Shown: piece by piece, positions 19,556 through 27,602 of the stretch | Layout: each line of letters opens with the position of its first letter | Numbering within the stretch: position 1 is the first letter of the stretch | Source of the DNA: Ruminococcus sp. | GTDB taxonomy: Bacteria > Bacillota > Clostridia > Oscillospirales > Acutalibacteraceae | Assembly (NCBI GenBank): GCA_045533085.1 | Contig: JAZSHE010000095.1 | Span: 1-42,023, forward strand | Direction of reading: 5' to 3' | Length of the DNA stretch: 42,023 nt | Made by a program: the position numbers and the translations under genes | Notes under the pieces: generated by a model | Databases searched by the model: none | What the model was told of the DNA's origin: nothing | Seen by the model: only the letters and a program-made list of their open reading frames with translations

Positions 19556-19641
19556 TGGCAAAATTCTCACTGTCATCGTAATTTCATTATTAATATTGCT
19601 ACTATTTACTTTGAGTTAAAAAGCAGAAAGAGGCTGTATAT

Positions 19642-20043
19642 ATGGAAAACACTAAAACACTGGAAGAAGTAAGAAGAATATTTGAAGGCGATAGGTTCGC
19701 AACAGAAAACGGAGCTGTTATAGAAGAATTTGGTGATCATAGCGCTACTTGCAGTTTGCTTATTACAGATTCGCATCGTAACGCTATGGGAGCAGTAATG
19801 GGCGGTACGTATTTTATGCTTGCGGATTTTGCTTTTGCCGTTGCAGCTAACTGGAAGAAGTTTGGATGTGTGTCATTACATTCTGATATTTCTTTCTTGT
19901 GTGCAGCCAAGGGCGAAAAACTGATTGCTAAAGCAGTTTGCGTCAAAGACGGAAGAACCACAGCTTGTTATCGTGTGGATGTGACCGATGAATTAGGAAA
20001 TCTTACCGCTACGGTAACTATAACAGGTTATCATATCGATTGA
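19642..20043 (+). CDS. PaaI-family thioesterase
   Basis: HRNAMGAVMGGTYFMLADFAFA hot-dog motif. Confidence 0.9.
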   Translation: MENTKTLEEVRRIFEGDRFATENGAVIEEFGDHSATCSLLITDSHRNAMGAVMGGTYFMLADFAFAVAANWKKFGCVSLHSDISFLCAAKGEKLIAKAVCVKDGRTTACYRVDVTDELGNLTATVTITGYHID

Positions 20044-20280
20044 CATAATGATTTAGATTAACTCGAAATGCTTAAAACTGAAAAATTTCTTTTTTTATAT
20101 TACTTAAGGATTATTTAATAATTAATATTTATAATGTAATCACTGAAGAAAAATTCAGTAAATAATTATAATTTAGAGAGGGCTACAAAAGCCTTTGTGA
20201 TAACTCTGTAAAAACTAATGAATTTAAAGGAGGGTGATGATGACAAAAGCTGATAAATATAAAGACCTATTTACTAAAGA

Positions 20281-20386
20281 ATGCAACATTGCAAAGTAAA
20301 ACTTGTTATGTTGTATTTTTGTTGTATGTACAGTTGTTGAGATTTAAGGTGTTGTGGTACAATTAGCTTGATAGATTTGAATTTGT
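20281..20386 (+). repeat. Terminator+promoter module, copy 1
   Basis: ATGCAACATTGCAAAGT...ATGTTGTATTTTTG...CAGTTGTTGAGATTT...TGTGGTACAAT, near-identical to the copies at 22558 and 24598. Confidence 0.9.
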
Positions 20387-20401
20387 GGAGGCGGCTGAAA
20401 T

Positions 20402-20950
20402 ATGAATATCCGACTTCTTGAAAATGCAATGGATATTAGAGAATCTTTTATAAGTCATTTTGTTATGCCTTGGGAAGAATTCAAAATTCAGCATAAAGAA
20501 TGGATTGATGAAAATTCGAAAACTGACTATCCTATAGATAATGAATGGTATAAAAACGCCTATATGTGGGATAGAATGAGTCCGGATTACCCGTCCGTAT
20601 CTATGGAAGATGCATTAGCTTTTTTGTGTAAAAACAGCGGTCTTGTTCTTTTTATGACTGAGAAAGATGAAGAGGTTTATTATCAAGGCGAAAACCTTAT
20701 CAACTTTGTCGCTGAAGCTGATGTACATACCTTAGCTAAGCAGATTGAGAAGGAATGGTATGACTCTTATAGATTAGCGGAACAAAATATGTATGATCCC
20801 GAGATGTTTTTACCAGAGGATTTGTATGTATTTGATTTGTCTATGAAATGGTGTGTGGTTTTTACCCACGAAATTACAGATTATGAATCAGAATGTGAAA
20901 ATCCAATGAAAGCCGCAGAAAGTAGAGTATGCATTATCTGCAAGGCTTAA
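20402..20950 (+). CDS. Hypothetical protein (DUF4275-like)
   Basis: Good RBS; C-terminal DLYVFDLSMKWCVVFTHE resembles DUF4275. Confidence 0.6.
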   Translation: MNIRLLENAMDIRESFISHFVMPWEEFKIQHKEWIDENSKTDYPIDNEWYKNAYMWDRMSPDYPSVSMEDALAFLCKNSGLVLFMTEKDEEVYYQGENLINFVAEADVHTLAKQIEKEWYDSYRLAEQNMYDPEMFLPEDLYVFDLSMKWCVVFTHEITDYESECENPMKAAESRVCIICKA

Positions 20951-21002
20951 ACACAGTTTGACAACCCCAAAATTTATAGAACACAAAAGTGTTTGATAAT
21001 TC

Positions 21003-21031
21003 TTGACAAAATTTAGTTTTAGGTGTACCAT
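21003..21031 (+). promoter_or_regulatory. Sigma-A promoter
   Basis: TTGACA-17-TACCAT, 10 nt upstream of the riboswitch. Confidence 0.75.
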
Positions 21032-21041
21032 AGGGTAAACC

Positions 21042-21134
21042 CATGAGGGAGTAGCAAGCGGTAATGTTCCGTAGCAAGTCAACATCCTGGCAGTTTTAAA
21101 ACTGTCTGGCTTGTTTTAAATTGCCAGACTCATG
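21042..21134 (+). ncRNA. yybP-ykoY (Mn2+) riboswitch
   Basis: P1 CATGAG/CTCATG closing stem, conserved GGGAGTAGC, GTCAACAT and 3' TTGC-AGAC. A terminator hairpin at 21177-21215 lies before the next gene. Confidence 0.8.
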
Positions 21135-21176
21135 TATAGAGAATAGCTATACATTGAGTCCATATATCTGATTGTA

Positions 21177-21215
21177 AACCCAAGTATAGCTTTTGGCTGT
21201 GCTTGGGTTGTTTTT
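21177..21215 (+). terminator. Riboswitch expression-platform terminator
   Basis: AACCCAAGTATAGC-tttt-GGCTGTGCTTGGGTT followed by T's. Confidence 0.75.
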
Positions 21216-21236
21216 ATATCGAGAGGAAAGAGAATT

Positions 21237-21719
21237 ATGTTAGTAGTTTTAGAAGGAATCGTAATGTGCTTTGTTTTGCTGTTAGTTTGTGTTGTTGCGA
21301 TAGCAAACGGACCTGTTGGCGGAGTTGCTCTTTACGAAGATGATGTGCAAAAAAGAGTTGTCGAACTGGGACTTACAACCAAAGAGAAAATCAAGAAAAG
21401 TTTTATCTTGATGTTTGTTGCTTTGTATCTTCCGCTGTTTACACTAGTACCATTTATGGTGTACTTTATCAACGGAGCTTCTGGCTTCTGGGAAGGCTTC
21501 TGGCAGATGTCGATTATACTGTGGATTATGGGTTTGTTTGACCGCTTGTTCATCGACCTGTACTGGGTAGGGCATACAAAGGCTTGGCACATTGAGGGAA
21601 CAGAAGATTTAAAGCCGTACATCCCAGTAAAAGCAAATGTGGTTAAATGGACATTTACATTAGTTGGTATGCCACTCATTTCCGCTTTGATTGCTTGGGT
21701 TATGACATTTATTGTGTAA
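21237..21719 (+). CDS. Uncharacterised 4-TM membrane protein
   Basis: Four hydrophobic segments; FDRLFIDLYWV...GTED loop; RBS GAGG. Confidence 0.8.
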   Translation: MLVVLEGIVMCFVLLLVCVVAIANGPVGGVALYEDDVQKRVVELGLTTKEKIKKSFILMFVALYLPLFTLVPFMVYFINGASGFWEGFWQMSIILWIMGLFDRLFIDLYWVGHTKAWHIEGTEDLKPYIPVKANVVKWTFTLVGMPLISALIAWVMTFIV

Positions 21720-21757
21720 TAAATCAGTCTGCAAATTTATAATAGCGGAGGGTATTT

Positions 21758-21988
21758 GTGAGTAAGAAAAATAAAATTAATTTATATATTACGTTGTTGA
21801 TTTTAGGACTACTGGTGTTTGTATCTGAGGTGTTTATATTTCAGAAACCAGACGGAATAGCAGGTCTTATCATATGTTTAATCAGCATTTATCTGATTTT
21901 GGGAAGCGTTATAAAACTCTGTAAGTTAAGTGAAACATTCACTGATATGTTCTTCGGTTTCATAGATTTATTATTCTGGTTGCCGTAA
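21758..21988 (+). CDS. Small 2-TM membrane protein
   Basis: GTG start after GGAGGG; two hydrophobic helices. Confidence 0.7.
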   Translation: MSKKNKINLYITLLILGLLVFVSEVFIFQKPDGIAGLIICLISIYLILGSVIKLCKLSETFTDMFFGFIDLLFWLP

Positions 21989-22020
21989 GCGGTATGGGTT
22001 TTATTGAGTTTTGGAGGTAA

Positions 22021-22269
22021 ATGATTATGGACGAAATAATAGCGGAAATTCTTGAAGAAGTTTTGTCCGAAGTGATAGGAAGCAGAAAGGTTCCTAAAAT
22101 TATCAGATACATATTGTTGGCACTTGTTATAGGACTTCTTGAGTTTATTTTCATTGCTGTAGCGATAAATAGCGAGATGCTTATAGGCAGTATAATATGC
22201 TATGTACTGGCGGTGGCTTTTGTCGTTTTGGGAGTGTATTTAGCAGTTGTTAAAATTCATGGAAATTAA
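22021..22269 (+). CDS. Small 2-TM membrane protein
   Basis: GGAGG RBS; acidic N-terminus, RKVPKIIRY, two TM helices. Confidence 0.75.
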   Translation: MIMDEIIAEILEEVLSEVIGSRKVPKIIRYILLALVIGLLEFIFIAVAINSEMLIGSIICYVLAVAFVVLGVYLAVVKIHGN

Positions 22270-22290
22270 GTGTTTGTGGCATAGAGAACA

Positions 22291-22347
22291 TTGAGGTTTC
22301 AGCTGTGGTGTGGTATGATATAATCAAATCAATAAACTGTAATCTGA
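22291..22347 (+). repeat. Promoter half of the repeated module (partial copy)
   Basis: TTGAGG-tttcagctgtggtgtgg-TATGAT, then the junction motif ATAAACTGTAATCTGA. Confidence 0.75.
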
Positions 22348-22360
22348 GAGGTGAATTGTA

Positions 22361-22549
22361 TTGAAAAACAAATGGTGTTTGTTTGCATCTATATTTCAAC
22401 TTGTAGTTGGGATTCTTGCAATAGTAGCGTTTATCGTGTCAGCTATAAATGGCGAAAACATGGTGAAGTGGATAATAACACTCGTTTTGGCTATTGCATT
22501 TGTTGTTTTGGGAATAGTTGGAATTGTAAATCATAAATCAGATAAATAA
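22361..22549 (+). CDS. Small 2-TM membrane protein
   Basis: TTG start after GAGGTG; two hydrophobic helices. Confidence 0.7.
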   Translation: MKNKWCLFASIFQLVVGILAIVAFIVSAINGENMVKWIITLVLAIAFVVLGIVGIVNHKSDK

Positions 22550-22557
22550 AAATATAA

Positions 22558-22646
22558 ATGCAACATTGCAAAGTGAAACTGCGATGTTGCATTTTTGTTT
22601 TACTATGTGTTCAGTTGTTGAGATTTCGGGTGTGGTGTGGTATTAT
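22558..22646 (+). repeat. Terminator+promoter module, copy 2
   Basis: ATGCAACATTGCA-aagtgaaac-TGCGATGTTGCAT-TTTTG hairpin, then TTGAGA-17-TATTAT. Confidence 0.9.
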
Positions 22647-22715
22647 ATCCTCACGATATAAGCAAAATGTCCATGAATATTTTTGATGGCTTGATGCTTA
22701 ATAGAAAGATGGTGG

Positions 22716-23918
22716 ATGAAAATGTACCTTAATGAGAAAAGAATCAGGATAATGAAAATAATAGGTTATCCGCTGTTTGCGTTTGGTTTGCTTGAATGTG
22801 TTGTTTCGTTATACGCACTGATTTCAACAATCGTTTATTACTTTGACAGACTCGAAACAGTTGCTGGTTCGCCTGCTATTGTTGATTCGGTTTGCGGACT
22901 TGTTTTGGCAACAGTTTTACTGTTTGCTACAAGTGTGGCTTTCCGCTTTATTTCGGACGCTCGCTTTTATTCAAGTTATTTTGAGCTTGACCTTGATGGA
23001 AAAATTGAGTACAGTGAGCTTGCAGAAATTACTGGTAACAGCGTTACGTTTGTATCTTTTGAATTGTCACTTTTTCGTTCTTCAATTATGAAAAATTATG
23101 AGATAAAAAATGTCGGCAGTAAAAAATTTATTGAGTTGAATAGTAAAAAGTATACCTGTCAGTGTCAAAGTTGCGGTGCGAGTATAGAGAAAAGTGATTA
23201 TTTTGTCGGAGAATGTTCGTATTGTGGAAGTTCTGACCTTTTCGCTAAGGTTATTACTGACGATAGATTTTACTTAATTACTCGTGATACTGCAATCGAT
23301 CTTGGCAGATCAAAGAGTTATGTCAAAGGTGGTCTGGACATAAGAAAAGTAATATATTTTTTGATGATGGTATTATCTGTTGTACTGATGGGTATCAATA
23401 CGCTCTATGCTTACAGTTGCATTACACGTTATAATGATGAAGATTATTTGATAGAAGTATTGTTTACACCAGGCAATCATTTGAACTCATTTGAGTTGAT
23501 TAAAGCTGACCTTATGGATTCTATGATTTTCGGTATATTTATTGTATTAGGACTCATTCCTGTGTTTGTTATAGCAGTGAACAAACTCAGGCGTTGCTTT
23601 ACGGCTCAGCTTTGTTCTGACTTTTTAGCTAAGGCTAAAAGACCGTTTGTGAAAATCAGTAGTTTGCCCCAGCTTAATTTTTGCATAAGTGCCAAAAGAA
23701 AAATGAAATTAGTCAAGGCGTCTATATGCAACGGTTATCTTACTAATTGTACTTTCGAAAAGCATAATGATGAGATTGTTGTGGCTCTTTCTAAAAAGGT
23801 AGTTAAGGATAGATGTCCAACTTGCTCAGCACCTATCACAGGAGCTGTGGACGAGTGCTATAAGTGCAGATATTGCGGTAATCTTATTATGGATGTTGTT
23901 ATAAAAAATAGTCAGTAA
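22716..23918 (+). CDS. Membrane protein with duplicated 2TM + zinc-ribbon architecture
   Basis: Two TM pairs, each followed by a soluble segment ending in CxxC...CxYCG (CQSCGA..CSYCG; CPTCSA..CRYCG). Confidence 0.8.
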   Translation: MKMYLNEKRIRIMKIIGYPLFAFGLLECVVSLYALISTIVYYFDRLETVAGSPAIVDSVCGLVLATVLLFATSVAFRFISDARFYSSYFELDLDGKIEYSELAEITGNSVTFVSFELSLFRSSIMKNYEIKNVGSKKFIELNSKKYTCQCQSCGASIEKSDYFVGECSYCGSSDLFAKVITDDRFYLITRDTAIDLGRSKSYVKGGLDIRKVIYFLMMVLSVVLMGINTLYAYSCITRYNDEDYLIEVLFTPGNHLNSFELIKADLMDSMIFGIFIVLGLIPVFVIAVNKLRRCFTAQLCSDFLAKAKRPFVKISSLPQLNFCISAKRKMKLVKASICNGYLTNCTFEKHNDEIVVALSKKVVKDRCPTCSAPITGAVDECYKCRYCGNLIMDVVIKNSQ

Positions 23919-23944
23919 AGCCCAATTTATGAGGATGAAGTAAT

Positions 23945-24553
23945 ATGAGTTTTGATATAAATAAATTACAATGGACAAGAGAACCAAAAGACTATTCATT
24001 ATCTGCTGATAAAATCGAGATTGTCACAAATCCACACACAGATTTATGGCAGAGAACATATTATCATTTCAGAAACGACAATGCACCTGTGTTGCAGATG
24101 GAAACAGATGATAAGTTTTTCTCATTTACTGTAAAAACACAGTTTGAAAGCAAATGCAGATTTGACCAATGTGGAATTGTAATGTATCTCGATAGTGAGA
24201 ACTGGCTCAAAGGTTCTATTGAATATGAAAACGACAGATTTCAACATCTTGGCAGTGTTGTTACAAACAATGGATATTCGGATTGGGCAACTACTGAAAT
24301 TGATGCAAACATAAAATCGATGTGGTATAGATTCAGTCGTCGTGAAGATGATTACTGTATTGAGTGTTCAGAAGATGGCGTTACATTCAAGCAAATGCGT
24401 GTATGCCATATGTGGAATGGTAATGGTACAATCCGTTTTGGCATTTATGCGTGTAGCCCTGAAAACTCATCATTCAAATCAACATTTACGAATATGGAAA
24501 TCACAGAATGTAAATGGCTTGCTCACGATGGTCAGCAACCTGATTTGGAATAA
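23945..24553 (+). CDS. DUF1349 (concanavalin-like) protein
   Basis: TDLWQRTYYHFRNDNAP, FDQCG, SVVTNNGYSDW and GIYACSPE. Confidence 0.88.
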   Translation: MSFDINKLQWTREPKDYSLSADKIEIVTNPHTDLWQRTYYHFRNDNAPVLQMETDDKFFSFTVKTQFESKCRFDQCGIVMYLDSENWLKGSIEYENDRFQHLGSVVTNNGYSDWATTEIDANIKSMWYRFSRREDDYCIECSEDGVTFKQMRVCHMWNGNGTIRFGIYACSPENSSFKSTFTNMEITECKWLAHDGQQPDLE

Positions 24554-24597
24554 CAACTACCAATTTGAAGAACAGAAAAGTTAATAATTAATTTTAG

Positions 24598-24707
24598 ATG
24601 CAACATTGCAAAGTTGAACTGTGATGTTGCATTTTTGTTTTACTCTGCACAGTTGTTGAGATTTCAGGTGTGGTGTGATATTATTAACTAGATGAACTTG
24701 AATTTGG
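24598..24707 (+). repeat. Terminator+promoter module, copy 3
   Basis: ATGCAACATTGCA-aagttgaac-TGTGATGTTGCAT-TTTTG, TTGAGA-17-TATTAT, then ATGAACTTGAATTTGG. Confidence 0.9.
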
Positions 24708-24720
24708 CGAGGTGAAAGAA

Positions 24721-25140
24721 ATGTTAGAAATCAGATATGTTCAATCAGAGGATAAAGAGTTTTGGTATAGTCTCGATAAACATTTACCGGAACAAGAATT
24801 CGAAAATAAAGTTCGTGATAAAAGAGGCTATGTTTTATTAGATGACAATAAACCAATAGGGTTGTTGCGATATAATCTTTTTTGGGATAACACACCATTT
24901 TGTACTATGTTGTTTGTTGATTGGAATCATCAAGGAAAAGGTTATGGGCGAAAGCTTATGGAACATTGGGAAAAGGATATGAAATCCCTTGGGTATGGAA
25001 TGGTTTTGACATCGACACAGGTTGATGAAGATGCACAACATTTTTACAGAAAACTAGGTTATAAAGATTGTGGCGGGTTTGTAATAGATGTTAAGGGTTA
25101 TGAACAACCAATGGAGATGTTTTTAATTAAAGGGATTTAG
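24721..25140 (+). CDS. GNAT-family acetyltransferase
   Basis: HQGKGYGRKLM and AQHFYRKLGY motifs. Confidence 0.92.
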   Translation: MLEIRYVQSEDKEFWYSLDKHLPEQEFENKVRDKRGYVLLDDNKPIGLLRYNLFWDNTPFCTMLFVDWNHQGKGYGRKLMEHWEKDMKSLGYGMVLTSTQVDEDAQHFYRKLGYKDCGGFVIDVKGYEQPMEMFLIKGI

Positions 25141-25165
25141 ATAAATAGAATTCCAATTTGCAAGG

Positions 25166-25690
25166 ATGAGAAAAATGATTATTTTAATTACTGGTGCGTC
25201 ACATACAGGAAAGACGGCACTTGCACAAAAATTGCTTGAAAAATATAAATATCCGTACTTATCAATAGACCATTTGAAAATGGGCTTAATCCGTAGCGGT
25301 AACACGAAACTTACTCCAATGAGTGATGATGCTGATCTCACAGCTTACCTATGGCCTATCGTTCGTGAAATGATTAAAACCGCCATAGAGAACAAACAGA
25401 ATCTTATTGTTGAGGGTTGCTATATTCCTTTTGACTTTGCGAAAGATTTCGAAAAAGAATACCTTGAATATATCAGGTACTATTGCCTTGTGTTAAGTGA
25501 AAGCTATATCAAAAATCATTTTGCTGACATAAAGAAATATGCAAGTGTTATCGAAAACCGCTTGGACGATGAGGATTGTACACAGTTATGTGTATTAGAA
25601 GACAACGCTCGTTTTTTAGAGCTTGCTCAAAAGCACAAAGTGAATTATATCCTCATCGATGATGAGTACGAAATTGATATTGAATTATAA
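25166..25690 (+). CDS. P-loop kinase (adenylate/2-phosphoglycerate-kinase-like)
   Basis: Walker A GASHTGKT and IVEG motif. Confidence 0.85.
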   Translation: MRKMIILITGASHTGKTALAQKLLEKYKYPYLSIDHLKMGLIRSGNTKLTPMSDDADLTAYLWPIVREMIKTAIENKQNLIVEGCYIPFDFAKDFEKEYLEYIRYYCLVLSESYIKNHFADIKKYASVIENRLDDEDCTQLCVLEDNARFLELAQKHKVNYILIDDEYEIDIEL

Positions 25691-25762
25691 CGATAGTCCG
25701 CAGTTTAACTCTGATATATTCAGAGTGTGAGTTGCAGTGTGACTTAACGTAACGGAGATATT

Positions 25763-26579
25763 ATGAGTAATATTATAGAAATAACAGATTTCCTCGCTCC
25801 TGAGCTTGATGTATATGCACGGTTGACTGAAGTTCAGCTTTTAAACAGAGAGTTTCCCGAAAAAGGCATGTTTATAGCGGAAAGCCCAAAGGTAATAGAG
25901 CGTGCTCTTGACGCAGGGTATGGGCCTGTATCCTGCCTTATGGAGAAAAGGCATATTGAGGGCGAAGGTAAACAGATTCTTTCCAGAATAAAAGATGTTC
26001 CGATTTTTTGTGCAGAGTTTGATGTTCTTACACAACTGACGGGTTTCAAGCTGACTCGAGGTATGCTCTGTGCTATGAAACGAAAACCGCTTTTAAAAGT
26101 AAAAGAAATCTGCGAAAACAAAAGTAGAATTGTTATACTGGACAAGGTTATGAATCCTACCAATGTGGGTGCCATAATCCGCTCAGCTGCTGCACTGGGA
26201 ATGGACGCAGTAATCCTTACTGCGGGATGTTCAGATCCTTTGTACAGACGCTCGGCAAGAGTGAGTATGGGCACTGTGTTTCAGATTGACTGGACATTTT
26301 TAGACGACGATTGTCTTGACGAAATCAAAGACCTCGGATTTAAAACAGTAGCAATGGCACTTAAAGACAATTCTCTTTCTATCGATGACCCGATGCTGAT
26401 GAATGAAAATAAACTTGCAATCATTATGGGCACAGAGGGCGACGGACTTTCTGACAAAACTATATCTGATTGCGATTTTACCGTAAAAAATACCAATGTA
26501 TCACGGCGTGGATTCGTTGAATGTTGCTGCAGCTTCTGCGGTTGCGTTTTATCAGCTTGGTAATAAACACAACAGCTGA
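25763..26579 (+). pseudogene. TrmH/SpoU RNA methyltransferase with a +1 frameshift
   Basis: NPTNVGAIIRSA and IMGTEGDG motifs. The final motif IPMYHGVDSLNVAAASAVAFY is in another frame after the A6 run at 26485-26490, ending TGA 26577-26579. Confidence 0.85.
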
Positions 26580-26614
26580 AACTAAAAACTTGAATTACTA
26601 GAGGTTTCAAATTA

Positions 26615-26666
26615 TTGAGATTTCAGGTGTAGCGTGTTACAATCAACTTGATATACATGAATTTGG
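26615..26666 (+). repeat. Promoter half of the repeated module (partial copy)
   Basis: TTGAGA-tttcaggtgtagcgtgt-TACAAT, then ATATACATGAATTTGG. Confidence 0.8.
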
Positions 26667-26722
26667 ATATTGGTGATATAATGGCAAAAGATAAAAGTGT
26701 TGTGATTTCTAAGATGGATACC

Positions 26723-26754
26723 TAAAAATCTGATTCACAGTAAACAAAGATAAA
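26723..26754 (+). repeat. 32-bp boundary repeat, degenerate copy F
   Basis: TAAAAATCTG-attcacag-TAAACAAAGATAAA. Confidence 0.6.
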
Positions 26755-26786
26755 GCACTGAAGTTTTTATGAGCTTCAGTGCTTTT
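26752..26786. terminator. Intrinsic terminator
   Basis: AAAGCACTGAAG...CTTCAGTGCTTT. Confidence 0.75.
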
Positions 26787-27005
26787 GTGCATCAGGAAAA
26801 ATATTCAAAATATTTTTTATCTCAAAATAAATTTAGTTATATTTTAAAATTATTTTGACTTTATCGAATAACTCAAAATAAGAATTCAAAATGTGGTCAA
26901 AATTCTAGCAATTCTTCTGGAAGTGGGACAAACTGTAGTCGTTGGTGTTTTTTGAACGAATTGCTATCATTAAAATCTTAATGAAAATCAACAAGTTTTA
27001 AAAAC

Positions 27006-27047
27006 AAAAAACCGACCTGTATAGGTCGGTTTGTGGTCGAGGTGACA
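27006..27047 (-). mobile_element. Short att-like copy of the tRNA-Pro 3' end with terminator
   Basis: TGGTCGAGGTGACA (27034-27047) is identical to 27262-27275; adjacent hairpin AAACCGACCT..AGGTCGGTTT. Confidence 0.75.
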
Positions 27048-27261
27048 TACGATGAATAAAACAGAGAAAGATACCTCGTCTTTCCCCCTATTGTGTGAGC
27101 ATAAAAGTTTCATCTTTGCTCTCCCTAAAAACGCTACACTGTAGCGTTTTTACCTTCGTCGATGCGTTCCACATCTCCTCGGCACGCTCGCCTTCAAGTC
27201 ACTGTCACCTCTCAAGACAAATAGAAAAGAAGATACCCAAATGGGTATCCGCTATTTTCCA

Positions 27262-27306
27262 TGGTCGAGGTGACAGGACTTGAACCTGCGGTATCCTGGT
27301 CCCAAA
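27262..27306 (-). mobile_element. 3' half of tRNA-Pro(UGG); attachment site of an integrated island
   Basis: Minus strand reads TTTGGG ACCAG GATAC CGCAGG TTCAAGT CCTGTC ACCTCG ACCA: anticodon loop, T-arm and CCA, with no 5' half. Confidence 0.88.
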
Positions 27307-27510
27307 GACGGAAAGAACAATATATTCCGCTTGTTTCTGACCCTAACCACTACATATAGTGGTCTTTGCTACACGAAAGCATACTCTTTAGCACTCTTAT
27401 CTACACTGTTTCCATGTACTCCAATTCCAGAAGTGGGACAAACTGTGGTCGTAAAAACTCCCTGAGAATGTGTTCAAAAAACACCTCCTCAGGGAGTACT
27501 TGTTTGTTGT

Positions 27511-27539
27511 ATATTAGCTTAGAATATACATTAAGTCAA
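27511..27539 (-). promoter_or_regulatory. Outward-facing promoter pointing at the att site
   Basis: Minus strand TTGACT-17-TAATAT with no credible gene downstream. Confidence 0.45.
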
Positions 27540-27552
27540 GCAGTTTACCACC

Positions 27553-27584
27553 TCAAAATCTGACCTGCTGTAACCAAAGAATAG
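27553..27584 (+). repeat. 32-bp boundary repeat, copy D
   Basis: TCAAAATCTG-acctgctg-TAACCAAAGAATAG. Confidence 0.85.
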
Positions 27585-27602
27585 ATACTAAACAATAAAA
27601 GT

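Noticed and set aside
22640-22700. Purine-type riboswitch upstream of the 22716 gene
   Set aside because: The conserved core and P1 pairing could not be found.
20281-24640. Repeated hairpins as integron attC sites
   Set aside because: No RYYYAAC/GTTRRRY boxes and no intI. The hairpins have T-tracts typical of terminators.
27262-27340. Complete tRNA-Pro gene
   Set aside because: The 5' acceptor strand, D-arm and 5' anticodon stem are missing.
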